Origin: Bacillota bacterium
Lineage (GTDB): Bacteria > Bacillota > Dethiobacteria > DTU022 > UBA8154
Length of the DNA: 64,000 nt
Reading direction: 5' to 3'
Assembly (NCBI GenBank): GCA_012518675.1
Contig: JAAYRR010000133.1
Coordinates: 7,015 to 71,014 of the forward strand
Shown here: piece by piece, positions 28,879-37,615 of the stretch
How positions within the stretch are numbered: the stretch's first letter is position 1
How the letters are laid out: each line of letters begins with the position of its first letter
The notes under the pieces: generated by a model
What the model saw: the letters and a program-made list of their open reading frames with translations, nothing else
What the model was told of the DNA's origin: nothing
Databases searched by the model: none
Program-made: the position numbers and the translations under genes

Positions 28879-29169
28879 TTGAAAGCAGTGCAAGAAGAAC
28901 TCAAGGGTGCCGCCTGGGACGCCAGGATTGAATTGACCGCTACAGAAACAAAGGAACTTCTACAAGAATTGCAAAACTTTTTCAAACTGACCAGGCAGTT
29001 ACAAAAAATAAATTTAGAAAAAACCCCGGCGACATATTATGGTTCGGAAAAAACAAACACCCTGCGGGAAGACGTTGTTCAGCCTTCTTTGCCGCTGGAT
29101 GTATCCCTGGTAAACGCCCCGGAAACTGATGACTCCTGTTTCCTGGTCCCCAGAATCATTGAAGAATAA
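28879..29169 (+). CDS. gatC: Asp/Glu-tRNA amidotransferase subunit C
   Basis: 96 aa. The C-terminal LREDVVQPSLPLDVSLVNAPETDDSCFLVPRIIE is a typical GatC ending. TTG start with a GAAAGGGTG RBS; a TGnTATAAT extended -10 lies upstream. Confidence 0.8.
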   Translation: MKAVQEELKGAAWDARIELTATETKELLQELQNFFKLTRQLQKINLEKTPATYYGSEKTNTLREDVVQPSLPLDVSLVNAPETDDSCFLVPRIIEE

Positions 29170-29198
29170 AAATTCCTTAAGGAAAGGAGGAATATTTT

Positions 29199-30647
29199 AT
29201 GGATCCTGCCAACCTCTCTGTACAGCAGATTACTGCTAAAATTAATAAAAAAGAACTTTTATTGACTGAACTGGGAGCAATACTGGCCGGCCGCAGCAAA
29301 TACGCACAAAAAAAATTAAACCTTTTTATATCTTTTGATCCGCAGCTGTTCACTGAACAAATTAAAAAGAATGAACAAAGCACGCAAGTTAACCGTCCCC
29401 CCCTTTGGGGCGTACCTGTAGCCATAGCCGACAACATTACCACAGTAGATCAAAAAACAACCTGCGCTTCCCGGCTGCTGGCTGCTTACCAACCCCCCTT
29501 TGAAGCACAGGCCGTTTCCCTGCTGCAAGAAAATGGCGCTTTACTCATCGGTAAAACAAATTTAGAGGAATTTGGCCTTGGTTGTGCCGGCAACAGCTCT
29601 TATTTTAAACCGGTAAAAAACCCCTGGGACATAAAACGTACTGCCGGCAGCGGCGCAGCGGCAGCCGTCGCCAGCGGCCTGGCAACCTTTGCCCTGGCCA
29701 GCGACGTACGTGGAGAAATAAGACAAGCAGCCTCCTATTGTGGTGTTATAGCCTTAAAACCAACTTATGGGAAAATTCCCCGTGAAGGTTTAATCGACAG
29801 CGCTTCTTCCCTGGAACAAACCGGTATTTTAGCCCGGCGGGTTTCAGATTTAGCCTGGGCCTTGCAGGTTCTTGCCGTGCCGGGGAACAATAACCCCCCG
29901 GCGGTAAAGAGGCCCCTGTACCCAGAAATTTTGGGAAATATTCCCGCAAAAACACGCATTGCTGTTCCTGCCGACTGGGACCAAGCACCGCTCCTGGAGG
30001 AGGGGATTAAAAATAACTTCCGGGAACAGCTTAACAAATTGGCCCGGGTTGGCTTGGAGATCAACTATGTTACCCTGCCCCATTTTCAATACGCCTCCCT
30101 GGTAGCCACCATAATCGGTGCCGTCGAGGCTTTTTCCAACCTATCCAACTTAGATGGGGTGCGCTTTGGATACAGGAAGGAAGGCAAACACCTGCAAGAA
30201 ATGTATATCAAAACCCGCAGTGCAGGTTTTAGTAGTAAATTAAAAAAATTTCTTACTTTGGGAGGGTTGCTTTCCACCAAAAAATATTATAACAGCCACT
30301 TCCTACAGGGACAAAAAATGCGGAGTATAATCAAAAAGGAGCTATTAGACTGCCTGCAAGAAAACGAATTACTTCTGACACCGACAACACCTTGCAACGC
30401 AATATTATTAGACAGCAGCCCACCAGCTGGGGAGGAGCTGCCCGATCCTGCAGCCTATTATACGGCAGCGGCCAATCTTGCCGGTTTCCCCTCCCTGAAT
30501 TTCCCTGTCAGCACCAACGGGCTGCCCTACGGCCTACAATTTATGGCCAAAAAGGAAGATGAAGGGGTTTTATTACAAATAGCTTTTCTGCTTGAAAAAG
30601 AACCTATAAAATGGCCAATTTTTGCGCTAGAATTGCAGGAGGTGTAA
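29199..30647 (+). CDS. gatA: GatA-like amidotransferase subunit A with degenerate amidase signature (probable pseudo-glutaminase)
   Basis: Collinear with GatA (GKTNLEEF..., RFGYR, TPTTP). In the amidase signature region, GGSSGGSAAAVAAG...LGSDTGGSIRQP is replaced by AGSGAAAAVASG...LASDVRGEIRQA: the nucleophile Ser is Glu and the Gly-rich loop is altered. Confidence 0.8.
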   Translation: MDPANLSVQQITAKINKKELLLTELGAILAGRSKYAQKKLNLFISFDPQLFTEQIKKNEQSTQVNRPPLWGVPVAIADNITTVDQKTTCASRLLAAYQPPFEAQAVSLLQENGALLIGKTNLEEFGLGCAGNSSYFKPVKNPWDIKRTAGSGAAAAVASGLATFALASDVRGEIRQAASYCGVIALKPTYGKIPREGLIDSASSLEQTGILARRVSDLAWALQVLAVPGNNNPPAVKRPLYPEILGNIPAKTRIAVPADWDQAPLLEEGIKNNFREQLNKLARVGLEINYVTLPHFQYASLVATIIGAVEAFSNLSNLDGVRFGYRKEGKHLQEMYIKTRSAGFSSKLKKFLTLGGLLSTKKYYNSHFLQGQKMRSIIKKELLDCLQENELLLTPTTPCNAILLDSSPPAGEELPDPAAYYTAAANLAGFPSLNFPVSTNGLPYGLQFMAKKEDEGVLLQIAFLLEKEPIKWPIFALELQEV

Positions 30648-30651
30648 TTAA

Positions 30652-32094
30652 TTGACTGCATTTGAAGCTGTTATCGGTCTGGAGGTACATGTTGAACTTT
30701 TAACACAAACCAAATTATTCTGCAGTTGCAGCACGGACTTTGGCGCCGCTCCCAATACCCAGGTTTGCCCCATATGTCTGGGCCTGCCCGGAGGCAACAC
30801 GCCACGTCTTAACAAAAAAGCGGTTGCATACGCTATTAAAACTGCCCTGGCTTTAAACTGCCAGGTTGCGCAAGAGATAACCTTTGACCGTAAAAACTAT
30901 TTTTATGCCGACTTACCAAACGGCTACCAGATAACCCAGCACTTTCATCCTATGGGGAAAAAAGGCTTTCTCCCGGTTAATGTCGCAGAAAAAACAAAAA
31001 ATATTGGCATCCACCAGGTTCATCTGGAAGAGGATGCGGGTAAAATGTTCCATGTAGGCGATATTCTTTCCTCCCCTTTCAGCAGGGTGGATTTTAACCG
31101 GGCCAGCGTGCCCCTAGTAGAAATTGTCACAGAGCCCGACCTACGCACAGCAGAAGAAGCCAGACTTTTTCTCCAAAAATTACGCAATACATTACTCTAT
31201 ATTGGCATTTCAGATTGTAAGATGGAGGAAGGTTCCCTGCGCTGCGATGCCAATATTAGCCTGCGTCCCTTGGGAAGCAAGGAACTAGGCGTGAAAACAG
31301 AGCTTAAAAATATGAATTCTTTTCGTGCCGTTTACCGGGGCATTGAATACGAAATCGAAAGGCAAACTGGTATCCTGCAAGAAGGGGGCACAGTCATTCC
31401 AGAAACCAGACATTGGGATGAAGAAATAGGTGCCACTAAATCCATGCGGGAAAAACTTTCAGAGAGCTACCGCTATTTTCCCGATCCGGTTTTGCTGCCT
31501 TTGAAAACTGATACAAAATGGTTGGAAGAGATCCTTTATTCGATCCCGGAACTTCCTGATTCCCGTTACAAAAGGTTTACTGAAGACTATGGCTTACCGC
31601 CCTATGATGCCGAAGTTCTAACCTCTTCCCGTGATTTGGCTGACTACTATGAACAAGCCCTGCAAACATACCCTGAACATAAGAATTTAAGCAACTGGAT
31701 CATGAGTGAATTAATGGGACTCTTAAATGCCAATAATATGGAGATCACAGCCTGCAAGGTAGAACCCCCGGAATTGGGCGATCTTTTAAAATTAATTGAT
31801 CAGGGTACAATCAGTGGCAAGATTGCTAAAACGGTCTTTGAGGAGATGTTTACCACCGGGGAAAAACCGGAAAAAATTATTAGGGAAAAGGGACTCACGC
31901 AAATTTCTGATGAAGAAACCCTGCTTAAAATTGTGGATACAGTGGTAACAGCCCACCCCGGTTCAGTAGAGGATTATCATAACGGTAAAAATAAGGCACT
32001 GGGGTTTCTTGTCGGGCAAGTAATGAAAGAAACAAAAGGCCAGGCCAATCCGCGGTTGGTAAACAAACTGTTGCAAAAAAAATTAAGCAATTAA
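30652..32094 (+). CDS. gatB: Asp/Glu-tRNA amidotransferase subunit B
   Basis: AVIGLEVHVELLTQTKLFCSC...CPICLGLPG N-terminus and canonical GatB throughout, 480 aa. Confidence 0.9.
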   Translation: MTAFEAVIGLEVHVELLTQTKLFCSCSTDFGAAPNTQVCPICLGLPGGNTPRLNKKAVAYAIKTALALNCQVAQEITFDRKNYFYADLPNGYQITQHFHPMGKKGFLPVNVAEKTKNIGIHQVHLEEDAGKMFHVGDILSSPFSRVDFNRASVPLVEIVTEPDLRTAEEARLFLQKLRNTLLYIGISDCKMEEGSLRCDANISLRPLGSKELGVKTELKNMNSFRAVYRGIEYEIERQTGILQEGGTVIPETRHWDEEIGATKSMREKLSESYRYFPDPVLLPLKTDTKWLEEILYSIPELPDSRYKRFTEDYGLPPYDAEVLTSSRDLADYYEQALQTYPEHKNLSNWIMSELMGLLNANNMEITACKVEPPELGDLLKLIDQGTISGKIAKTVFEEMFTTGEKPEKIIREKGLTQISDEETLLKIVDTVVTAHPGSVEDYHNGKNKALGFLVGQVMKETKGQANPRLVNKLLQKKLSN

Positions 32095-32331
32095 AAATCT
32101 GCAGCCCAAAAACAACCGGGCTGCAGACTGGCAAAAGAAACAACAATTATTATACCCGCTTGTTGCATATGATACATTCCCTTCTGTAAATGTTCCTACT
32201 TCATCCTATTAAGATTTAGATGGACTGGGCCGGAAAAAATTGCATCCCTTGGGTAAAACTACATCTTGACGACAACCAACAACACGCAAAAAATCAAAAA
32301 AATATACCCCCGAAGCATGATGCTGCAAGAG

Positions 32332-32415
32332 TTTTGGGGTTTAGGTTTGGGTTTTGGGTTTTGGGGTTTGGGTTTTTGGGGTTTTGGGGTTTGGGTTTGG
32401 GGGCTTGGGGTGGGG
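32332..32415 (+). repeat. Telomere-like G/T microsatellite, about 12 units of T3-5G3-5 (TTTTGGGG/TTTGGG)
   Basis: Direct reading: TTTTGGGGTTTAGGTTTGGGTTTTGGGTTTTGGGGTTTGGGTTTTTGGGGTTTTGGGGTTTGGGTTTGGGGGCTTGGGGTGGGG. It is intergenic between gatB and the tRNA. A G-quadruplex could form on the + strand and an i-motif on the - strand. Confidence 0.85.
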
Positions 32416-32604
32416 AGCTTTCATTTTTAAATGGGGTACAAAGCAAACGTGGTGCTCACAGCATCATTGTTTGGTTAATGACCCGCAACCTGGTAATTTC
32501 CCGCAGGGTCATAATAAATGTCTCCTCTCTCAGAGGTGACATTTTATCAGAACAAATTCAACATGACATTATTATAGAATAACTACATAACGGCCCCAAT
32601 TTAT

Positions 32605-32632
32605 TTGACATATTTTAAGCTTCAGTTATAAT
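32605..32632 (+). promoter_or_regulatory. Sigma-A promoter (TTGACA-N16-TATAAT) upstream of tRNA-Leu
   Basis: Perfect consensus hexamers about 60 nt upstream of the tRNA 5' end. Confidence 0.5.
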
Positions 32633-32692
32633 ATATGTTAGGGTCTTAGCATCACATTAATATTATAAAGATCTGTTTTTTTTCTTCCGCTT

Positions 32693-32778
32693 GCCCGAGT
32701 GTCGGAACCGGCAGACGAGACGGTCTCAAAAACCGTTGTCCTTTGGACGTGTGAGTTCGAGTCTCACCTCGGGCACCA
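32693..32778 (+). tRNA. tRNA-Leu (anticodon CAA), class II with long variable arm, CCA encoded
   Basis: Acceptor stem GCCCGAG/CTCGGGC. Anticodon stem ACGGT/ACCGT with loop CUCAAAA (U33, CAA, A37). T-arm GTGAG-TTCGAGT-CTCAC. 3' ACCA. Confidence 0.8.
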
Positions 32779-32786
32779 ACCTTTTT

Positions 32787-32832
32787 AAAGGGGTTCATAA
32801 AGGCTGGCTGCACAGCCTGGTGGACCCCTTTT
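32787..32832 (+). terminator. Hairpin plus T-run downstream of the tRNA
   Basis: AAAGGGGT...GACCCCTTTT with an internal GGCTG-CAC-AGCC hairpin. Confidence 0.5.
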
Positions 32833-33199
32833 AATTTTTGAACTGTGTATCAACTGCAAAGACCCCCTTTTAACATTGCCTGCCAATATCTTAAAATTTT
32901 TAACCGGACAAATTACAACAATGTTTTTAAAATTCCTGACAAACCTTTTACCCCGAACATCAACAATCTGTCCACAAAACAAAATATCTAAGAACCCTAG
33001 AATAGGGTATAGCCTAAACATAGCTATGCAAAAAATGTCTTTAAAACATTTAAACAGCTTTGCCTAAATGATCCCTTAAAAAAGTATGATCCGGACATCT
33101 TTAAACTAGCAGGCTATACCCCAGGCCCTATTCCCGCTTACAGAAAAAGAGCCCGCTTTACCGGCCTTTGGACAGACATATCCAGCACCCTTCCAGCAT

Positions 33200-34015
33200 T
33201 TAGCGTTGTATTTCAAGCCAATCCTTATCTTCTTTTTCCAGCTTACCAAGCAGATACGGGTTTAAAACCCTTAAATAGGTTCCCTTCATACCCAAAGAAT
33301 GGGTTTCAATTACGCCTGCACTTTTAAGTTTTCGCAAGGCATTAACAATTACCGACCTGGTAATATTCAATTTATCAGCAACCTTACTGGTCACAATCAG
33401 GCCCTCATTTGCTTCTAATTCTTTAAATACCCGGACCGCTGCTTCCAATTCAGAATACGACAGCGCCCCTATCGCTTGCTGTACGGCAGCCTTGTTTCTG
33501 ATTTTTTCTTCGGTTATTCCTGATTCTAAATTTAAGATTTCTATGCCTGCAACAGTAGCCACTGTCTCCGCAAGAATCAAATCACCTGTATCAAAAGGTT
33601 TGTGGGGACGAATTAAAATAAGAACCCCCAACCTTTTATTGCGGCCCAAAATAGGAACAAAGGTGGTAAATATATTTTTAAAAATACATGTTTCCGCCCT
33701 GTTAAAAATACATTTGTTATTACTTTGCGCCAAGTTTACCTTGCCCCGGCCTTCCAAGCCATACAACATAGGGTCTTGAAAGTTTTCCGGAAACTGTCCT
33801 TTCTTTAAGAAACCGTCCATCAGCCCACAACTGTATTCATTTACAAGTGCATACCGTAAAATTTTGCCTTCGGTATCAGTAATATATACGTTAGCATGAA
33901 TTACATTTTTTAAAACCTTGATTACTTCAAAATGCTTCACTTTTTGTTCTGTTTGCAGTGTTTTACGAATAAAACGAGTCTTTTCCAGCAAAGAAGAATT
34001 AATCACTTTTACCAC
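33200..34015 (-). CDS. CodY-family GAF/wHTH transcriptional regulator, paralog 1
   Basis: The C-terminal 100 aa is nearly identical to the B. subtilis CodY HTH region (ADKLNITRSVIVNALRKLKSAGVIETHSLGMKGTYLRVLN). ILAETVATVAGIEIL and AVQQAIGALSYSELEA are also present. The N-terminal GAF portion is diverged. Confidence 0.8.
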   Translation of the reverse strand: MVKVINSSLLEKTRFIRKTLQTEQKVKHFEVIKVLKNVIHANVYITDTEGKILRYALVNEYSCGLMDGFLKKGQFPENFQDPMLYGLEGRGKVNLAQSNNKCIFNRAETCIFKNIFTTFVPILGRNKRLGVLILIRPHKPFDTGDLILAETVATVAGIEILNLESGITEEKIRNKAAVQQAIGALSYSELEAAVRVFKELEANEGLIVTSKVADKLNITRSVIVNALRKLKSAGVIETHSLGMKGTYLRVLNPYLLGKLEKEDKDWLEIQR

Positions 34016-34146
34016 CTCACTTTTTTTCTATATAAGGGTAATTTTTGTTAAAGGGACCTCCTTTTTGCCAAAAGAGCTGGAAGGAAGAACAAAAACAGAG
34101 GCCCCTGTAACAAAATAAGGGATCTTTCTGACAAATAACTGTAAAA

Positions 34147-35730
34147 TTATTCTACCTTCTCACCAATTTTACGTAATTTAAACCGCTGTATTTTCCCGGT
34201 TGCACTCTTGGGCAGTTCAGAAACAATTTCTACAAAGCGGGGGTATTTAAATTTGGCCAACCGATCCAAGGACCACTGTTTGAGTTCGTTTATTAGTTCA
34301 TCCGAACCGGTAAAGCCTTCCTTAAGTACCACAAAAGCTTTGGGTTTAATTAAATTTTTATGATCAGGGTACCCGATCACTGCACATTCCAGCACCGCAG
34401 GATGTTCAATCAGGCAACCTTCCACTTCTACCGGTGAAACCCAGATACCGCCAACTTTCAGCATGTCATCGTCCCTGCCCGCACAATGGTAATAACCATT
34501 TTCGTCTTGGTAGTAAGTGTCCCCAGTGTTCAGCCATTCACCTTGCATCGTAGAACGGGTTTTTTCCACCTTACGCCAATAATTTTGGGCAGCACTGCGG
34601 CCCTTCACATGCAGGGTTCCGATTTCGCCCTGTGGTACTTCCTTCCCTTCATTATCAACAATCCTTATTTCATACCCGGGAACAGGCTTCCCGGTTGCGC
34701 CCGGTTTAATGTCGCCAGGTCTGTTGGAAATATAGATATGCAACATTTCTGTTGAACCGATACCATCCAAAATATCGATACCAAAACGTTCCTTCCAGCG
34801 GCGGATGATATCTACCGGCAAAGCCTCACCTGCCGACACACATAATCTTACGGAAGTTAGTTCGTGATCGTTGGGATCCGCCTTGGCACCTGTTTCCTTT
34901 TCTTGGCGAGCCTTGTATTCAAGCATCTGCCCGTAGAGGGTGGGTACACCAAAGAAAATTGTAGGACGGAAACGTTCAATGTGACTAAATACACTTTCGG
35001 GAGTCGGGCGGGATTTGTTTAAAATCACTGAACCGCCTACAGCCAAGGGGAAAAACAAACCGTTCCCGATACCATAGGCAAAAAATAACCGGGCTGCTGA
35101 AAAACAGATATCATTTTCATTCATTCCCAAAACTCCCTGGGCAAAATTTTCAGAAGCAACCAGGGGGCTTTCCATACAGTGTACAGCTCCCTTGGGGGGG
35201 CCTGTTGAACCTGAACTGTAAAGCCAGAACCCTACATCGTCCTTGGTTGTTTTCACAGTTTCCAAAATAGGAGAAGCATTTTTTACCTTTTGCCTGAAGG
35301 GGATTAACGGTTCATCATCTGCAACAACAATCATATCCCTAAGGTAAAGCAGATCACCTTTAATATCATTAATCAACGGTACCAGGTCTTCCGATATAAT
35401 CAAGGCCTTGGCCCGGCTGTCGTTAAGTAAGTATTCATAATCGTTGGGTGTAAGCATGGTGTTGATTGGAATGGGCACAGCCCCAATTTTCATGGCACCG
35501 AAAAACATTACAAGAAATTGAGGTTCATCCAGCATCATGAGCATAATGCGATCATCTATACCCAAACCCATTTCACGAAAAGCGTTGCCGGTTTTATTGG
35601 CCATTTCCTGCAGTTCGCTATAAGTGTAGTTGCGCCTTTCAGTATAAATGGCAACTTTATGACCTCTTCCCTGCCGAATATTTCTATCTAAAAAATAATC
35701 TGCCGCGTTAAAAAAAGGTTGGTTTTTCAT
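34147..35730 (-). CDS. Aromatic-acid--CoA ligase, benzoate-CoA ligase family (AMP-forming), copy 1
   Basis: AMP-binding motifs WLYSSGSTGPPKGAVH and GYGxTE-like GIGSTEMLH, the C-terminal ATGKIQR, and 527 aa, typical for BCL/4-hydroxybenzoate-CoA ligases. Confidence 0.75.
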   Translation of the reverse strand: MKNQPFFNAADYFLDRNIRQGRGHKVAIYTERRNYTYSELQEMANKTGNAFREMGLGIDDRIMLMMLDEPQFLVMFFGAMKIGAVPIPINTMLTPNDYEYLLNDSRAKALIISEDLVPLINDIKGDLLYLRDMIVVADDEPLIPFRQKVKNASPILETVKTTKDDVGFWLYSSGSTGPPKGAVHCMESPLVASENFAQGVLGMNENDICFSAARLFFAYGIGNGLFFPLAVGGSVILNKSRPTPESVFSHIERFRPTIFFGVPTLYGQMLEYKARQEKETGAKADPNDHELTSVRLCVSAGEALPVDIIRRWKERFGIDILDGIGSTEMLHIYISNRPGDIKPGATGKPVPGYEIRIVDNEGKEVPQGEIGTLHVKGRSAAQNYWRKVEKTRSTMQGEWLNTGDTYYQDENGYYHCAGRDDDMLKVGGIWVSPVEVEGCLIEHPAVLECAVIGYPDHKNLIKPKAFVVLKEGFTGSDELINELKQWSLDRLAKFKYPRFVEIVSELPKSATGKIQRFKLRKIGEKVE

Positions 35731-36241
35731 TATTTATCCCCCCACTAAGTTGAATTTAATACACTAAGATTCCCAGAAAATCTTCCAGCCCTGTTTCCCT
35801 GCTCATTAAATAATTTTATATTGACAAAATACACCTTAAATTTTACATTACCCTACCCCCTCTTTGATGCTTGAAATATGTTAAAAAACTAGATATTTTT
35901 CTCAAAATTGCCTGAAAATATTTTTCTTGCGGGAAAAGGTTCACTGCTTTAAAAAATTCAAAGAGTCAAACTTCTTTTATTGTTATACCATGCAAGATAA
36001 GTACCATTAAAGTACATTTTTCTTCTAATTGCGATAGAACCGTAACCAGACCAGCCTTGATTATTCTTCCTGGCCTGCCTACCCATGTAAAATGTAGGTC
36101 ATTTTTGAAATTTAATTTTGAAAGATTGCAATATTGAAATGTATGTTAATGTTGTTTTTTTGCATTTTTTAGGGCTTTTGGAATCTTCAAACACTATTTA
36201 TTGTTCCCCTACTCGCTAATCTACAGATGCATAATGGACAT

Positions 36242-36266
36242 AAAAAAGCAGCTCCTGACGGAGCTA
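36242..36266 (-). terminator. Terminator (AGCTCC-GTCA-GGAGCT followed by T6 on the minus strand)
   Basis: Perfect 6-bp stem with a T-run, immediately downstream of the 70-aa ORF. Confidence 0.55.
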
Positions 36267-36306
36267 TCTTGGACACAATATTTTTTTTCGCTTAAATTTC
36301 CCAGCA

Positions 36307-36519
36307 CTACTCCCCGCTCATTTTTACAACGCTAATGAAAGAGTTCCCGGGGACCATTTCCCGACCACAGTTTAATTTTTCTGCTCCTGCCGCCATTTTT
36401 TTCTTTACGCCTGGCGCATCAAGTGTTTTTTCAATTTCTGAAAATTCCCTTAAAATATTGGAGAGTTTAACATCAACCAAGATCAGTTCTCTTTTCAATT
36501 TTTCAATTCTATTTAACAT
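36307..36519 (-). CDS. Hypothetical 70-aa helical protein (weak Spo0E-like resemblance)
   Basis: ORF sits between the CodY-like paralog 2 gene and a terminator. The IEKLKRELILV...SEIEKTLD pattern is reminiscent of Spo0E-family helical hairpins, but the signature is not exact. Confidence 0.35.
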   Translation of the reverse strand: MLNRIEKLKRELILVDVKLSNILREFSEIEKTLDAPGVKKKMAAGAEKLNCGREMVPGNSFISVVKMSGE

Positions 36520-36638
36520 TTTTACCCTTGCCTCCCGGATAAAAAATTATATTCTGCACATGCTTTCAATCTATTTTATAAGCCCTGGTCGGCAGTTTTT
36601 ACCACCGTTTTTGAATCCCGTAATTAATAAACGGCATG

Positions 36639-37451
36639 CTAGCGCATCCCAAGCCAATTTTTATCCTCTTTTTCCAGTCGATCCAGTAAATACGGGTTTA
36701 AGACCCTTAAATAGGTTCCTTTCATCCCCAGGGAATGAGTTTCTATTACGCCGGCACTTTTAAGCTTACGCAATGCGTTAACAATAACAGACCTGGTTAT
36801 GCTCAATTTATCTGCAACCTTGCTGGTCACAATCAAACCTTCATCTGTATCCAATTCTTTAAAAACTCGTACCGCTGCCTCCAACTCTGAATAGGACAGC
36901 GCTCCTATTGCTTGCTGCACGATCATCTTGTTTCTGATCTTCTTTTCAAGTTTTTCAGATTTTGAATTCAGAATTGACATCCCGGAAACCGTTGCCACTG
37001 TTTCAGCCAAAATTAAATCCCCGGTATCAAAAGGTTTCAGGGGACGGGTTAAAATTAGTGTTCCTATTCTTTTATTCTGGCCAATAATGGGCACCAGCGT
37101 TGTAAATATATTTTTAAAAACACAGTTTTCGGCCTGTGTAAATATGCACCTGCTAACTTCCTGTGTTAAATTTATCCTGCTTCGGTTGTCGATCCCATGC
37201 AACAGGGAATCCTGATATTTTTCAGTAAATTTGCCTTTTTTAAGGAACCTATCCAGAAGCTCACAACTGTATTCATCCACCAAGGCATGCCCCAAAATAA
37301 GACCATCGGTATCAATAATAAACACATTGGCATGAATGACGTTCTTTAAAACTTCAATTATTTCGAAGAGTTTTACCCCCTGTTCTGTTTGCAAAGTTTT
37401 GCGAATAAAGCGGGTTTTTTCCAACAAAGAAGAATTAAGCAATGTTATCAC
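36639..37451 (-). CDS. CodY-family GAF/wHTH transcriptional regulator, paralog 2
   Basis: About 75 percent identical to paralog 1. The C-terminal HTH is essentially identical, while the N-terminal GAF differs at many positions. Confidence 0.8.
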   Translation of the reverse strand: MITLLNSSLLEKTRFIRKTLQTEQGVKLFEIIEVLKNVIHANVFIIDTDGLILGHALVDEYSCELLDRFLKKGKFTEKYQDSLLHGIDNRSRINLTQEVSRCIFTQAENCVFKNIFTTLVPIIGQNKRIGTLILTRPLKPFDTGDLILAETVATVSGMSILNSKSEKLEKKIRNKMIVQQAIGALSYSELEAAVRVFKELDTDEGLIVTSKVADKLSITRSVIVNALRKLKSAGVIETHSLGMKGTYLRVLNPYLLDRLEKEDKNWLGMR

Positions 37452-37615
37452 CTCCTCAACTCCTTATGTTTATATTAAAAATAGAGGGGCCTCCTCTTTA
37501 ATGCAAACGCTGCCTAAACAAATAAAACGGAGGCCCCTGGTACCAAAAATCTGCACAATTATAAATATTTAACTATTGATATTTAACGGCTTTTGAACAA
37601 CCGTATCTTACTTGG

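Noticed and set aside
32220-32582. 120-aa ORF spanning the G/T repeat
   Set aside because: Its translation (VLGFRFGFWVLGFGFLGFWGLGLGAWGG) is simply the microsatellite read in frame. There is no RBS.
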